Positions 26,764 to 39,688 of a DNA stretch of 64,000 bases are shown piece after piece (within the stretch, counting starts at the first letter, position 1; each line of letters begins with the position of its first letter). Both the position numbers and the translations under genes were made by a program. The stretch is from Patescibacteria group bacterium (GTDB lineage Bacteria; Patescibacteriota; Patescibacteriia; XYB2-FULL-38-15). The notes below the pieces were generated by a model. That model had not been told where the DNA came from and did no database searches. It saw nothing but the letters and a program-made list of their open reading frames with translations. The stretch is taken from the NCBI GenBank assembly GCA_041650995.1, contig JBAZJZ010000001.1:149757-213756 (forward strand). Direction: 5' to 3'.

Positions 26764-27279
26764 ATGAGAAAAGGTTTTACGATAATTGAACTGCTTGTTT
26801 CTTTGGGAATTTTTATTGTTGTGACGACCATGGTCGTGACGAATTTTCGGGGAGGCAGTCGGAGTGATGAATTGAAAATCGCGGCGGAAACGATTGCTTC
26901 CAATTTGCGGCGGGTACAAAATATGGCTTTGGCCGGCGAACTTACAGACGGAGTAACACCTCCGGGAGGATATGGTATTTATTTTAATTTGGGAAGTTCG
27001 GACCGCTATATAATTTTTGCCGACAAAAATGGAAATCTCGCTTACGACATGAACGAAGCTTTGCCGGACGGGACAATTATTTTAGCTAAAAACATAAGTT
27101 TGAGCGGCGTTTTTCCCGCGGTCGCGTCAACAGTAATTTTTAAGCCGCCAAAGCCGACAATCTACATTAATGGAGGCACGGCCGATAATGTTATTACGGT
27201 GACGATCAAGCATGCGTTAAGCGGAAAGATTAAAAAGATTTTGGCTAATAGAATTTCGGGCAGAGTTGACGTAGAGTAA
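26764..27279 (+). CDS. pseudopilin / minor pilin
   Basis: MRKG|FTIIELLVSLGIFIVV prepilin N-terminus. Confidence 0.75.
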   Translation: MRKGFTIIELLVSLGIFIVVTTMVVTNFRGGSRSDELKIAAETIASNLRRVQNMALAGELTDGVTPPGGYGIYFNLGSSDRYIIFADKNGNLAYDMNEALPDGTIILAKNISLSGVFPAVASTVIFKPPKPTIYINGGTADNVITVTIKHALSGKIKKILANRISGRVDVE

Positions 27280-27404
27280 ATAAAAGAGATTTGAGAATCG
27301 AGAATTGAGTTATGGGTTTTAATTTTCAAAATTTAAAAATTCGGCAATATCGTCTTTGGTTAAATCGTTTCCGCGCCAAAAATTTTAATCGGGAGATTGC
27401 TAAA

Positions 27405-28037
27405 ATGCTTTATCCACTAATGAAATATATAAAATTTAATTTTCAATACTCAGCTCTCGGTTCTCAATCCGGCCAGAGTTTAGTGGAAATGATTGTTGCC
27501 ATTGCCATAATTTTGACCGGTTTGGTGGGAGCTTTGTCGCTCACTATTTCCAACTTAAGCGGAGTGGACGAGGCGGGGACAAGGGTTGTAGCGTCAAATC
27601 TCGCGAGGGAGGGCGTTGAAGTTGTGCGTAATTTTCGCGATACAAATTGGCTCCAAAATTTAGATTGGGATACTGGACTTTTTTTAATAAATGATTTTAC
27701 GGCGATCGCCGTTTTTAATCCGCTAACAAATAAATGGCACCTAAATTTTACTCCGAACACTGTGGCTGATCCGGCGGCGAAATTATACCGCGGGGCGGAG
27801 AACATATATTTGCAGGATGTAGTTCCGCCGGGTGGCACGGCGACTTTTTATTCGAGACTTTTGACTCTTGATCCAATTTGTTTTAATGCATTGACCCAAA
27901 CAGAGAATATTACCGGGAATTCTTGCGGCGCGGGAGAAGAAAAAATTGGCATCAGGGTTAAGTCGGAAGTGATATGGAATTTATCTGGCCGTCCGCGAGA
28001 CGTAACATTAGAAGACAGAATTTATAATTGGCGGTAA
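27405..28037 (+). CDS. pseudopilin / minor pilin (start chosen at internal ATG 27405)
   Basis: GGGAG RBS 9 nt upstream. ...LGSQSG|QSLVEMIVAIAIILTG prepilin cleavage motif with Glu+5. The track ORF from 27312 would give an implausibly long leader. Confidence 0.6.
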   Translation: MLYPLMKYIKFNFQYSALGSQSGQSLVEMIVAIAIILTGLVGALSLTISNLSGVDEAGTRVVASNLAREGVEVVRNFRDTNWLQNLDWDTGLFLINDFTAIAVFNPLTNKWHLNFTPNTVADPAAKLYRGAENIYLQDVVPPGGTATFYSRLLTLDPICFNALTQTENITGNSCGAGEEKIGIRVKSEVIWNLSGRPRDVTLEDRIYNWR

Positions 28038-28046
28038 TAAGGGAGT

Positions 28047-28625
28047 ATGAATAAAAAAGGTTTTACACTCGTAGAAATGATGGTGGTGCTCGCGATTTTT
28101 TCCGTGGCAACGGTTGTCATTGTGGATATTTTTATGATGGCGGGCAAAGCGCAACGCCGGACTTTAGCGATAGAAAAAATTCAATCCGACGCGCGATATT
28201 CCATAGAAGCGATTTCTAAAGAAATAAAAATGGATATGATTGATTATGGTTGGGCGGGATACGTCGGCGGAATAACTTTGCCCGAAGATGCGCTTGCTCT
28301 TTTGGACGCGGACAACAATTCGATTATTTTTAAAAAAAGTGAGGATGATTGTCCTACGGGAACGACAAAATGTCTTGTGGTAAGTCTTGATGGCGGATTG
28401 ACCTGGGCGAGCATTACTTCTGAAGGAAATAATGTGGAGGATTTAAAATTTTATATTGATCCGCCGGTTGATCCGTTTGTAATGAATGCGGGAAATACTT
28501 ACGACTCGGATAATCAGCCGAGAGTTACTATTGTTCTTGCAACCAAAGGTATTGGCGGCCGGGCAGAGGAGCAGCAAACGATTTATTTGCAGACAACGGT
28601 GTCGAGTAGAATTTACCGCAGGTAA
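28047..28625 (+). CDS. pseudopilin / minor pilin
   Basis: MNKKG|FTLVEMMVVLAIFSVA. Confidence 0.75.
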   Translation: MNKKGFTLVEMMVVLAIFSVATVVIVDIFMMAGKAQRRTLAIEKIQSDARYSIEAISKEIKMDMIDYGWAGYVGGITLPEDALALLDADNNSIIFKKSEDDCPTGTTKCLVVSLDGGLTWASITSEGNNVEDLKFYIDPPVDPFVMNAGNTYDSDNQPRVTIVLATKGIGGRAEEQQTIYLQTTVSSRIYRR

Positions 28626-28638
28626 TTCAAAATTAAAA

Positions 28639-31601
<2,963 letters not shown>

Positions 31602-31631
31602 TTATGTTTTTAGGCGGTATAATAAGTAAAT

Positions 31632-31925
31632 ATGAAATTAACAAAACTTGAAGTTGAACACATCGCCACTTTGGCGCGATTGGAATTGACCGAAAAAGAA
31701 AAGGAAAAATTTGCCGAACAGTTGTCGGCGATTTTGGGATATTTTAAAGAGTTACAAAAAGTTGATTTGAAAAATGTTCTGCCAACGGCGCAGGTGACGG
31801 GATTGGAAAACGTTGCTCGGCCGGATGAAGTTAAAAAATGTGATGAAGAAAAAATGAAAAAATTAATTGTCGCCGCGCCGGAGAGGGTGGATAATTTGGT
31901 AAAAGTTAAAGCCGTGTTTGAGTAA
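31632..31925 (+). CDS. gatC: Asp/Glu-tRNA amidotransferase subunit C
   Basis: 97 aa, EHIATLARLEL...ILGYF pattern. Confidence 0.8.
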   Translation: MKLTKLEVEHIATLARLELTEKEKEKFAEQLSAILGYFKELQKVDLKNVLPTAQVTGLENVARPDEVKKCDEEKMKKLIVAAPERVDNLVKVKAVFE

Positions 31926-31952
31926 TGAATTATGAATTAGGAATTGTGAATT

Positions 31953-33374
31953 ATGAAGTTGAATGAGTTAACAATTAAACAAGCCCACGACGGCTTGGTA
32001 AAGAAAAAATTTACATCAGCCGAATTGACTTCGGCCTGTTTGACGCAAATAAAAAAGTTGAACAAAAAATTAAACGCGTTTATTACTGTGATGGAGCGTG
32101 AGGCTTTGGAGCAAGCGGAAGCGGTTGATAAAAAAATCGCCAAGGGTGGGAAGATTGGAATTTTGGAAGGAATACCAATGGCGCTAAAAGATAATATTTT
32201 AGTAAAAGGTTTTCGCGCGACTTCGGGTTCAAAAATTTTAGAAAATTATGTTGCGTCCTACGATGCGACAGTGGTGGAAAAATTGAAGGTGGCCGGAGCA
32301 ATAATTTTGGGAAAAACAAATATGGACGAATTTGCCATGGGCGCTTCAACCGAGACATCGTATTTTGGTCCGACAAAAAATCCGCATGACCCAACTCGTG
32401 TTCCGGGCGGATCGTCTGGCGGTTCGGCGGCGGCCGTGGCGGCAAATATGTGCATTTACGCGCTCGGTTCTGACACTGGCGGTTCAGTGCGCCAGCCGGC
32501 ATCTTTTTGCGGTGTTACGGGTTTAAAGCCGACTTATGGGGCAGTTTCTCGTTATGGTTTGATGGCTATGGCTTCGAGTCTAGATCAAATCGGACCGATT
32601 ACAAAAAGTGCGGAGGACGCGCAAGCGGTGTTTGAAGTAATAGCTGGCCATGATACGTTAGATTCTACTACGGTAGAAAAATCAAAAATAAAAAATCAAA
32701 AATCAAAATTACAATTTGAAATTAAAAATTTAAAAATAGGTATTCCGAAGGAATATTTTATTGGTGGAATAGATAATGGCGTTGAAAAAGTTGCACGAAC
32801 ATCTGTTGAAAAATTAAAAAATGCGGGCGCGAAAATAGTGGATGTCAGTTTGCCACACGCGGAATATGCCTTGGCTGTTTATTATTTAATTATGCCAGCC
32901 GAAGTTTCCGCCAATTTGGCGCGTTTTGATGGCGTGAGATATGGATACCAAACAAAAAAAGCAAAAACACTTTTGGATGTATATTTAAAAACTCGTGCTG
33001 AGGGTTTTGGTGATGAAGTTAAGCGCCGAATAATGCTTGGCACTTATGCCCTGTCGGCTGGCTATTATGATGCGTATTACTTGCAAGCGCAAAAAATGCG
33101 GACATTGATTCGCGAAGATTTTGAGAAAGTTTTTAAAGAAGTCGATTGTATTTTGACGCCGACAGCACCGACCACGGCCTTCAAGATTGGAGAAAAAATA
33201 GATGATCCGTTGACGATGTATCTGTCTGATGTTTTCACTGTTTCAGCGAACGTTGCCGGAGTGCCGGCAATTTCCGTGCCGTGTGGCGAGGTAAAAAAAA
33301 TGCCGGTGGGTTTGCAGATTATGGGAAAATGGTTTGATGAAGAAACAATATTGGAATTAGCAAAATTAATTTAA
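31953..33374 (+). CDS. gatA: Asp/Glu-tRNA amidotransferase subunit A
   Basis: Amidase signature GGSSGGSAAAVA, catalytic K/S/S context, 473 aa. Confidence 0.9.
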   Translation: MKLNELTIKQAHDGLVKKKFTSAELTSACLTQIKKLNKKLNAFITVMEREALEQAEAVDKKIAKGGKIGILEGIPMALKDNILVKGFRATSGSKILENYVASYDATVVEKLKVAGAIILGKTNMDEFAMGASTETSYFGPTKNPHDPTRVPGGSSGGSAAAVAANMCIYALGSDTGGSVRQPASFCGVTGLKPTYGAVSRYGLMAMASSLDQIGPITKSAEDAQAVFEVIAGHDTLDSTTVEKSKIKNQKSKLQFEIKNLKIGIPKEYFIGGIDNGVEKVARTSVEKLKNAGAKIVDVSLPHAEYALAVYYLIMPAEVSANLARFDGVRYGYQTKKAKTLLDVYLKTRAEGFGDEVKRRIMLGTYALSAGYYDAYYLQAQKMRTLIREDFEKVFKEVDCILTPTAPTTAFKIGEKIDDPLTMYLSDVFTVSANVAGVPAISVPCGEVKKMPVGLQIMGKWFDEETILELAKLI

Positions 33375-33380
33375 AATACA

Positions 33381-33974
33381 ATGAAAAAAATTAATGTTAA
33401 AAAAGGGAAGAAATCAACGAGTCAGACCGCGCTCACAAGATCAGTAAAAAATAAATTGACGGCAAGCCATACGCCGCGCGTTGCACCGAGCTGGTGGGAA
33501 CACGAAGTTAAAGGAAAAAAGCCGCTTCGCGTTTGTTCCCGTTGCGGCGCGGTTTATTTTGATGAGCATTGGCACACTATTCCGAATTTTCTGAAACTAT
33601 ATAAAAAAATGTTGTCTCCAAAACCGGTTGCGAAAGAATTATGCGCCGAGTGCAAATGGATTATGGGCGGAAAAAATAAAACCGGATGGGAAGGGGAGTT
33701 AGTTTTGGAAAATTTAGTGCCTGAAGAAAAAAGTGAAATTGTAAATTTAGTGCGAAATGTCGGTAAGCGCGCCTTTCTCCGCGATCCCGAAGATCAGATT
33801 ATAAAAATTGAAGACATGGGCCGCAAGGTGCGCGTCACAACCACGGAAAATCAACTGGCTGTTTCTATCGGTAAACAAGTCGCGAGCGCTTTTAAGGGTG
33901 GCCGCTTGGAAATAATCTGGTCGGATGAAGACGCGCCAGCGAGAGTTCGGTGGATAAGGAAAAATAAGAAATAA
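33381..33974 (+). CDS. hypothetical Zn-ribbon protein (basic N-terminus, CSRCG...C..C)
   Basis: 197 aa with CxxC...CxxC-like arrangement (CSRCGAV...CAEC). No family recognised. Confidence 0.4.
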   Translation: MKKINVKKGKKSTSQTALTRSVKNKLTASHTPRVAPSWWEHEVKGKKPLRVCSRCGAVYFDEHWHTIPNFLKLYKKMLSPKPVAKELCAECKWIMGGKNKTGWEGELVLENLVPEEKSEIVNLVRNVGKRAFLRDPEDQIIKIEDMGRKVRVTTTENQLAVSIGKQVASAFKGGRLEIIWSDEDAPARVRWIRKNKK

Positions 33975-33977
33975 GAT

Positions 33978-34433
33978 ATGACCGTTGAAGTCGATCTCTA
34001 CTCTTTAGTTAAATTTATCGGCGGGACGCTGGCCGCGATCGCTTTTATTTTTTTAATATACCGCGCGTACAAAGCTATTGCGGTATTTTTTAAAAGTAGG
34101 GAATATGATCTAGATAAGAGCGGCATAAAAAAACGTTGGCAGGAGATAGAAAAAATGCTCGATGGTCCCGGTGAAATGAATTATAAAATAGCCGTGATGG
34201 AAGCGGACAAAATGCTTGATTATGTTTTAAAATCAATGTCAATGGCTGGAAAAGATATGGGAGAGAGGATCCGATTCGCGAGTTTTAAATACAGCCGGCT
34301 AAGAAAAGTTTGGTGGGCGCATGTTTTACGAAATCAGCTTGTGCACGAAGCGACTTTTGTTTTGGATTATGGCATGGCCAAGAGAGCAATAAAAACATTT
34401 AGGCGCGCGCTCGAAGAATTGGGCGCGTTATAA
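33978..34433 (+). CDS. hypothetical membrane-anchored protein
   Basis: 151 aa with N-terminal TM (FIGGTLAAIAFIFLIY). Confidence 0.4.
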   Translation: MTVEVDLYSLVKFIGGTLAAIAFIFLIYRAYKAIAVFFKSREYDLDKSGIKKRWQEIEKMLDGPGEMNYKIAVMEADKMLDYVLKSMSMAGKDMGERIRFASFKYSRLRKVWWAHVLRNQLVHEATFVLDYGMAKRAIKTFRRALEELGAL

Positions 34434-34460
34434 ATAAATTAGTAATTAAGAGTAAATTTT

Positions 34461-35291
34461 ATGCAGTCAAAAAATTTAAATTTTTTTCTTGCTAATTTAT
34501 TTTTTGCCGCGATTATAATTCTATATATTTTTATTTTGTGGAAAGGTCAGGATATTGGCGGATTTTTTCTGACGGCGTTTTTTACTTTATCGGTTTTTAT
34601 TTTTACGCTTTGGCACGCCTTCAGGAAATTCGGCGCGAGAAACGCGATTCTCTTTCTTTTTTTAGTTTTATTTGTAAGTTTGGGAGCTGAGTTTATCGGC
34701 GCCAATTTGGCTAATAACTTTGAGGGGTATTACAAATATTCAGAATTTTTAGGATGGAAGTTTTTAAATATTCCGTTGCTTATAATTTTGATGTGGACGG
34801 CAATTATTTATCTTTCCTATCAGGTTTCGGAACACATTACCAATTTTCGATTTACGAAACAAACTCCGTTTTTACAAAAGTTTTGGGTTAGTTTCTGGTG
34901 CGCGCTTTTGACATCGCTTGTAGTTGTGGCTTGGGACTTTGCCCTTGAGCCGCTCGCGGTAGAGATGGGATGGTGGTCGTGGCTTCATCCCGGAGAATAT
35001 TTCGGCGTGCCGATTAATAATTTTTTCGGCTGGATGACGATTTCTTTCTCCACAGTTTTTCTTTATAAAATTTTCTTTGAGAGAGAAAGGCCGGAAGAGG
35101 CGACCTTGTTTGATTACGCTCCAATTATCGGATATGCCATGATTTGTTTTTTCACCATTCTTACGGCTATAAATATCAATAAGCCCATCTTTGCCCTGAT
35201 TGCTTTTACGGGAATGTTTCCCTTTGCCTGTATTATGGTTGTTAAATTCTTGGTTGGCCGGCTTAATTTTCCCGAACAATACAGGAAATAA
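34461..35291 (+). CDS. polytopic membrane protein (unknown family)
   Basis: 276 aa with ~7 TM helices. Trp/Phe-rich loops. Confidence 0.45.
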   Translation: MQSKNLNFFLANLFFAAIIILYIFILWKGQDIGGFFLTAFFTLSVFIFTLWHAFRKFGARNAILFLFLVLFVSLGAEFIGANLANNFEGYYKYSEFLGWKFLNIPLLIILMWTAIIYLSYQVSEHITNFRFTKQTPFLQKFWVSFWCALLTSLVVVAWDFALEPLAVEMGWWSWLHPGEYFGVPINNFFGWMTISFSTVFLYKIFFERERPEEATLFDYAPIIGYAMICFFTILTAININKPIFALIAFTGMFPFACIMVVKFLVGRLNFPEQYRK

Positions 35292-35400
35292 TCGTATAAA
35301 ACATCTTACCGCCGGCGAACATAGCTGGCGGTTTTCATTTGCTGTTAACCTTGACGCCCTTTTGTGGTATAATAAATGTAGATAGCAATACGCGAAGCAA

Positions 35401-35478
35401 GATTAATTAATTACTCAATTACTATCAATTACTTAATTACAACGAGGTAATTGGTAATTAGGTAATTAAGTAATTATT
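35401..35478. repeat. AATTAC x4 / GTAATT x4 convergent hexamer array (quasi-palindrome) in the 5' leader of the 35510 gene
   Basis: AATTAC at 35409, 35417, 35427, 35435. GTAATT at 35447, 35454, 35462, 35470. Putative promoter 35345..35373 upstream. Confidence 0.6.
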
Positions 35479-35509
35479 GTTTTGGTTTTGTGTTATTTAA
35501 ATTCAAGCG

Positions 35510-36916
35510 ATGATCACTATTGATTTGAGTTATTTTGATACTTTAGCGACAATGTCGCCGCTTGCGATTATGTGGCGGCTTTTCGCCGACGGAGGGTGGG
35601 CAATAATCCTCTGGGTTTTTCTTTGGGGATCTTGGGAAATTTGGGTTAATTGGCGGCAAAATCTTTATGAGGCCAAACGCCGTTGGATATTTTTGGCGGT
35701 GGATATTCCCAAGGCCGTCTTGGATGAGCCTGGCCAATCGCCGCGTGCCGTAGAAAATATATTTGCTCATTTGGACGGTGCTCACGGCTCTGACACTCTT
35801 TGGGAAAAGTATTGGGAAGGCAAAACTCAGGATTGGTTTAGTTTGGAAATAGTGAGCATCGAAGGGTACATCCAATTTGTCATTCGCACTCGCGATAAAT
35901 TTCGTGACCTAGTGGAAGCGGCGATTTACGCGCAATATCCCGACGCGGAAATTACGGAAGTTATTGATTACACCAAATGGGCGCCAAAGAAATTTCCCGA
36001 TCCTGAGTGGGATTTATTTGGTACAGAGTGGATTAAAGTTAGAAAAGAAGATGCCTACCCGCTTCGGACATATCATGATTTCGAAGATCCGGCGACTAAA
36101 GAATTTAAAGATCCTCTGGCAGCCGTGCTTGAAACGATGTCTAAAATGGGAAAAGGTGAACATATCTGGTTCCAAATAATTGTGACGCCGATCAGTCAGA
36201 AAGAATGGACTACGAAAGGTGTAAATTTAGTTAAAAAGTTAATCGGCGCGAAAGTGGAAGCTAAACAAACTTGGGCGGATAAAGCTTTTGATTTGCCGCT
36301 TAAGGTGGCCGATACCGCGCTTAGTCAAATTTTAAGCAGCGCGGAAGAGGCACCTAAGAAAAAAGAAGAAAAAAAAGAAGCATCGCAAATGCAATATCTT
36401 TCTCCCGGAACAAAAACTTTAGTGGAAGCCATTGAGAAAAAAATTTCCAAGATTGGTTTGCAAACAAAGGTAAGGATGATTTATCTCGCTCGAAAAGAAG
36501 TTTTTAAAAAGTCCCGCGCTGCGCATCCAATGGTTGGGGCTATTAAACAATTTAATACGCTGGATGGTCAAAGCATAAAGCCTGAGTATAAAAAAGTTGG
36601 CACAGCCGCCCATTATATTTTGGTAAAGAAAAGAGTGGCTTGGAAAAAAGAAAAAATCATGAGGGCTTACAAGGGACGCAGCCCCTCGCGCGGGATTGGT
36701 AAGGGTTTTGTTTTAAATATTGAAGAATTGGCTACAATGTGGCATTTTCCGGCGTTTTGGATTAAAGCACCGCCAGTTAAGACCGTGGAGAGTAAGCGAG
36801 GCGTTCCGCCCATTAATTTGCCTTTTGAAGAGCCGTCTTACATGAAAGCAATCGCGGAAACAGCGGGTGAGGAAGAATTGGAAAAAGAAATTCCGCCAAA
36901 CCTGCCCACGGCGTAG
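35510..36916 (+). CDS. membrane-anchored hypothetical protein partnered with the VirD4/HerA-like ATPase
   Basis: 468 aa. Two N-terminal TM helices (AIMWRLFADGGWAIILWVFLWGSWEIW), large soluble domain, K/E-rich linker. Confidence 0.45.
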   Translation: MITIDLSYFDTLATMSPLAIMWRLFADGGWAIILWVFLWGSWEIWVNWRQNLYEAKRRWIFLAVDIPKAVLDEPGQSPRAVENIFAHLDGAHGSDTLWEKYWEGKTQDWFSLEIVSIEGYIQFVIRTRDKFRDLVEAAIYAQYPDAEITEVIDYTKWAPKKFPDPEWDLFGTEWIKVRKEDAYPLRTYHDFEDPATKEFKDPLAAVLETMSKMGKGEHIWFQIIVTPISQKEWTTKGVNLVKKLIGAKVEAKQTWADKAFDLPLKVADTALSQILSSAEEAPKKKEEKKEASQMQYLSPGTKTLVEAIEKKISKIGLQTKVRMIYLARKEVFKKSRAAHPMVGAIKQFNTLDGQSIKPEYKKVGTAAHYILVKKRVAWKKEKIMRAYKGRSPSRGIGKGFVLNIEELATMWHFPAFWIKAPPVKTVESKRGVPPINLPFEEPSYMKAIAETAGEEELEKEIPPNLPTA

Positions 36917-36954
36917 AGATCTAATGTGGAAAATATTAAGTATAAATACTCACA

Positions 36955-39075
36955 ATGGAGGAAGTCGCATTGTTCGCTGAAACAAATTTTCGGGGGGAGC
37001 GGAAACGTTTCGGCATAAAAACCGACGATCGCCGTCGGCACATGTATATCATCGGTAAAACCGGCATGGGAAAAACTACCACGCTGGAGAATTTGATTAT
37101 CTCCGATATCAGAGCGGGTCGCGGTGTGGGCGTGGTTGATCCACATGGCGACTTAGCGGAAAAAATTCTTGATTTCATCCCGGCGGATAGAATTAACGAC
37201 GTGGTTTATTTTAATCCGGCTGACTTGGATTGGCCGATTGCTTTTAATATTTTGGAATCAATTGATCCAAGATATAAACACCTTGTCGCTTCCGGTATGA
37301 TGGGAGTTTTCAAAAAAATCTGGCCGGATGTTTGGTCGGCCCGAATGGAATATATTTTGAATAATACAATTTTAGCGCTCTTGGATTGTCCGGGGTCCAC
37401 GATGCTTGGCATCAACCGGATGTTGGCCGACAAGGATTATCGGAAAAAAGTTATTCTTAAATTGAAAGATCCGGTGGTTAAAGCTTTTTGGGTTGATGAA
37501 TTTGCAAAATATAATGAAAGATTTGCCACTGAAGCGATCGCACCAATTCAGAATAAAGTTGGTCAGTTTTTATCGGCTTCAATCGTTAGAAATATTGTTG
37601 GCCAGGTGAAATCTACGATTGATATGCGCGAGATAATGGACAGCCAAAAGATTTTTATAATGAATTTAGCAAAAGGCCGGATAGGTGAAGACGCGAGCGC
37701 TCTTTTGGGAAATATGCTTGTTACAAGAATTCAGTTGGCAGCCATGGGGCGCGTTGATATTCCGGAACCTCAGAGAAAAGATTTTTATCTCTATGTCGAC
37801 GAATTTCAAAATTTTGCCACGCTGAGTTTTGCCAATATTTTATCCGAGGCCAGAAAATATCGTTTGAATTTGATTTTAGCTCATCAATATATTGAACAGT
37901 TGGCCGAAGAAGTTGCCGCCGCTGTTTTTGGCAATGTCGGAACAATTGTTGCTTTTCGAATTGGCGCGGCTGATGCCGAGGTTTTGGAAAAGGAATTTTC
38001 ACCAACCTTCACGTCTGAAGATTTGGTAAATCTGACTAAGTACGACACGTACATGAAATTGATGATCAATGGAGTATCATCAACGCCTTTTTCCGCTTCG
38101 GGTTTGCCGCCAGTTATGGGCCCGACTGATAATCGAGATAAAGTCATCCGCGTTTCCCGGGAACGTTATGCCAAGCCGAAGGAAATCGTTGAAGAAAAAA
38201 TTATTCGCTGGAGCGGAATGCAGGTTATTGGCACTGAAGAAAAATCAGATGAAGAACTTGAAGCGGAGATTAAAAAGTCAATTGAAGAAAAAAAGAAAGA
38301 GGCAGAAGGTCTAAAAAGCGGAGTAGCGGAGGCGGGAGAAAAGAAAAAACCGGAAATGTCTCAAGTCGAACTTGAAGAACGTGCCATTACCGCTCGTGAA
38401 GCATTTTTGGAAAAATCAAAAGTTCAAGCGGTTGATTTCTTAAAAATTTTTGCTTCAGAACCAGAAGAAAGGGAAAAGATTATTGAAGAACAAGAAATAA
38501 AAAAGGAAGTGGCTGCTCCAACCGTGATTGTACGCCCGCCGAAAGTTGTGATTAAACCGACAGAACAAATTAATATAGATATACAAATAAAGGAACCGCA
38601 GCGGCATGAAAAGCCGGCAAGGGAAGAAAAAAGGGTGCCGGTTCAAAAACAAGAAAAAGCTGTCCCTCAAAAATCAGCGACAGAGGAAGATCTTCCGTCG
38701 CCCCTGAAGCTGGATGAGCCGGAGGAGAAAAAAATTGCATCTGTTTCGGAAAATCTCCCTACAGTTTCTTTGGATAAAAAATCAACTCCGGCTGTGATGC
38801 CCGCGCCTCCAGCTGTTTTGCCGATTAAAAAAGAAGAAAAGAAAAAAGAAGAGGATAGGGATAAAAAGACATTTGAAGAAAAATTTCCTTACGAAATAAT
38901 TTGCTCGGCTTGCGGAAAACCGGATAGAGTTTCTTTTAACCCCGATCCGAATCGGCCAGTTTATTGTAAGGCCTGTCTCAAAATTGAAAAAGAAAAGGAA
39001 AGGCAGGCGAAGAAAAATAAAAATAGACAGAAACAAGTGCCACGAGCCGCAGGAACGGAGCCGAAGAGTTCATAA
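36955..39075 (+). CDS. VirD4/TraG-like (DUF87/HerA-FtsK superfamily) P-loop ATPase with K/E-rich linker and C-terminal CxxC...CxxC zinc ribbon
   Basis: Walker A IIGKTGMGKTT, Walker B FYLYVDEFQNF, 'TraD/TraG' type DNA-binding core. Terminal CSACGKPDRVSFNPDPNRPVYCKAC. Confidence 0.65.
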   Translation: MEEVALFAETNFRGERKRFGIKTDDRRRHMYIIGKTGMGKTTTLENLIISDIRAGRGVGVVDPHGDLAEKILDFIPADRINDVVYFNPADLDWPIAFNILESIDPRYKHLVASGMMGVFKKIWPDVWSARMEYILNNTILALLDCPGSTMLGINRMLADKDYRKKVILKLKDPVVKAFWVDEFAKYNERFATEAIAPIQNKVGQFLSASIVRNIVGQVKSTIDMREIMDSQKIFIMNLAKGRIGEDASALLGNMLVTRIQLAAMGRVDIPEPQRKDFYLYVDEFQNFATLSFANILSEARKYRLNLILAHQYIEQLAEEVAAAVFGNVGTIVAFRIGAADAEVLEKEFSPTFTSEDLVNLTKYDTYMKLMINGVSSTPFSASGLPPVMGPTDNRDKVIRVSRERYAKPKEIVEEKIIRWSGMQVIGTEEKSDEELEAEIKKSIEEKKKEAEGLKSGVAEAGEKKKPEMSQVELEERAITAREAFLEKSKVQAVDFLKIFASEPEEREKIIEEQEIKKEVAAPTVIVRPPKVVIKPTEQINIDIQIKEPQRHEKPAREEKRVPVQKQEKAVPQKSATEEDLPSPLKLDEPEEKKIASVSENLPTVSLDKKSTPAVMPAPPAVLPIKKEEKKKEEDRDKKTFEEKFPYEIICSACGKPDRVSFNPDPNRPVYCKACLKIEKEKERQAKKNKNRQKQVPRAAGTEPKSS

Positions 39076-39096
39076 TTTACAAAACATAAAAGAAAA

Positions 39097-39121
39097 ACAA
39101 GCTCTTGAAAAGCTTGTTTTT
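39097..39121 (+). terminator. rho-independent terminator (acaagct-cttgaaa-agcttgt + TTTTT)
   Basis: Perfect 7-bp stem with a U-run after the ATPase gene. Confidence 0.75.
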
Positions 39122-39142
39122 ATGTGGTAAAATTGGTTCGCT

Positions 39143-39688
39143 ATGAATTTAACTAAACCTAAATTATTACTTCATATTTGTTGCGGCGTTTGCGGGGCAT
39201 GGGTGCCTAAAAAGCTGTCCGCAGATTTTGACGTAACTTTATATTTTTTTAATCCAAATATTGCTCCGGAGGAAGAGTACAAAAAAAGATTGGCTGCGGC
39301 GTGGGAGGTAGCAAAAGAGGCACAAATAGAATTGGCTGAAGGGCAGTATCAGCCGCAGGAATGGCTGGCTTTAGTTCGTGGCCACGAGAGTGACCCGGAA
39401 GGCGGAGCACGATGTGAAATGTGTTTTAGTTTACGTCTCGGGGAAACCGTAAAACATGCCAAAGAAAATGGTTTTGAATATTTTGCTTCAACCTTGACCA
39501 TTGGCCGGAATAAAAAAGCGGCGGTGATAAATCCGCTCGGGGAAAAATGGGCAAAACAATTTGGCCTGAAATTTTTGGCGGAAGATTTTAAAAAGGGCGG
39601 CGGGCAGGTAGAGACCGACAAAGAGTCGCGTCGCCTGCACTTATATCGGCAAAATTATTGTGGTTGTATTTTTTCAATAAAAAAATAA
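39143..39688 (+). CDS. queH: epoxyqueuosine reductase QueH (DUF208)
   Basis: N-terminal LLLHICCGVCG and conserved Cys pattern (CEMC). 181 aa. Confidence 0.65.
   Translation: MNLTKPKLLLHICCGVCGAWVPKKLSADFDVTLYFFNPNIAPEEEYKKRLAAAWEVAKEAQIELAEGQYQPQEWLALVRGHESDPEGGARCEMCFSLRLGETVKHAKENGFEYFASTLTIGRNKKAAVINPLGEKWAKQFGLKFLAEDFKKGGGQVETDKESRRLHLYRQNYCGCIFSIKK

Noticed and set aside
36955-39075. Sir2-HerA or DUF4297-HerA defence system
   Set aside because: The partner protein (35510..36916) shows no Sir2 (GAGxS...GIPxFR) or nuclease motif. Only the generic HerA/VirD4-like ATPase is evident, so a specific defence-system call is unsupported.
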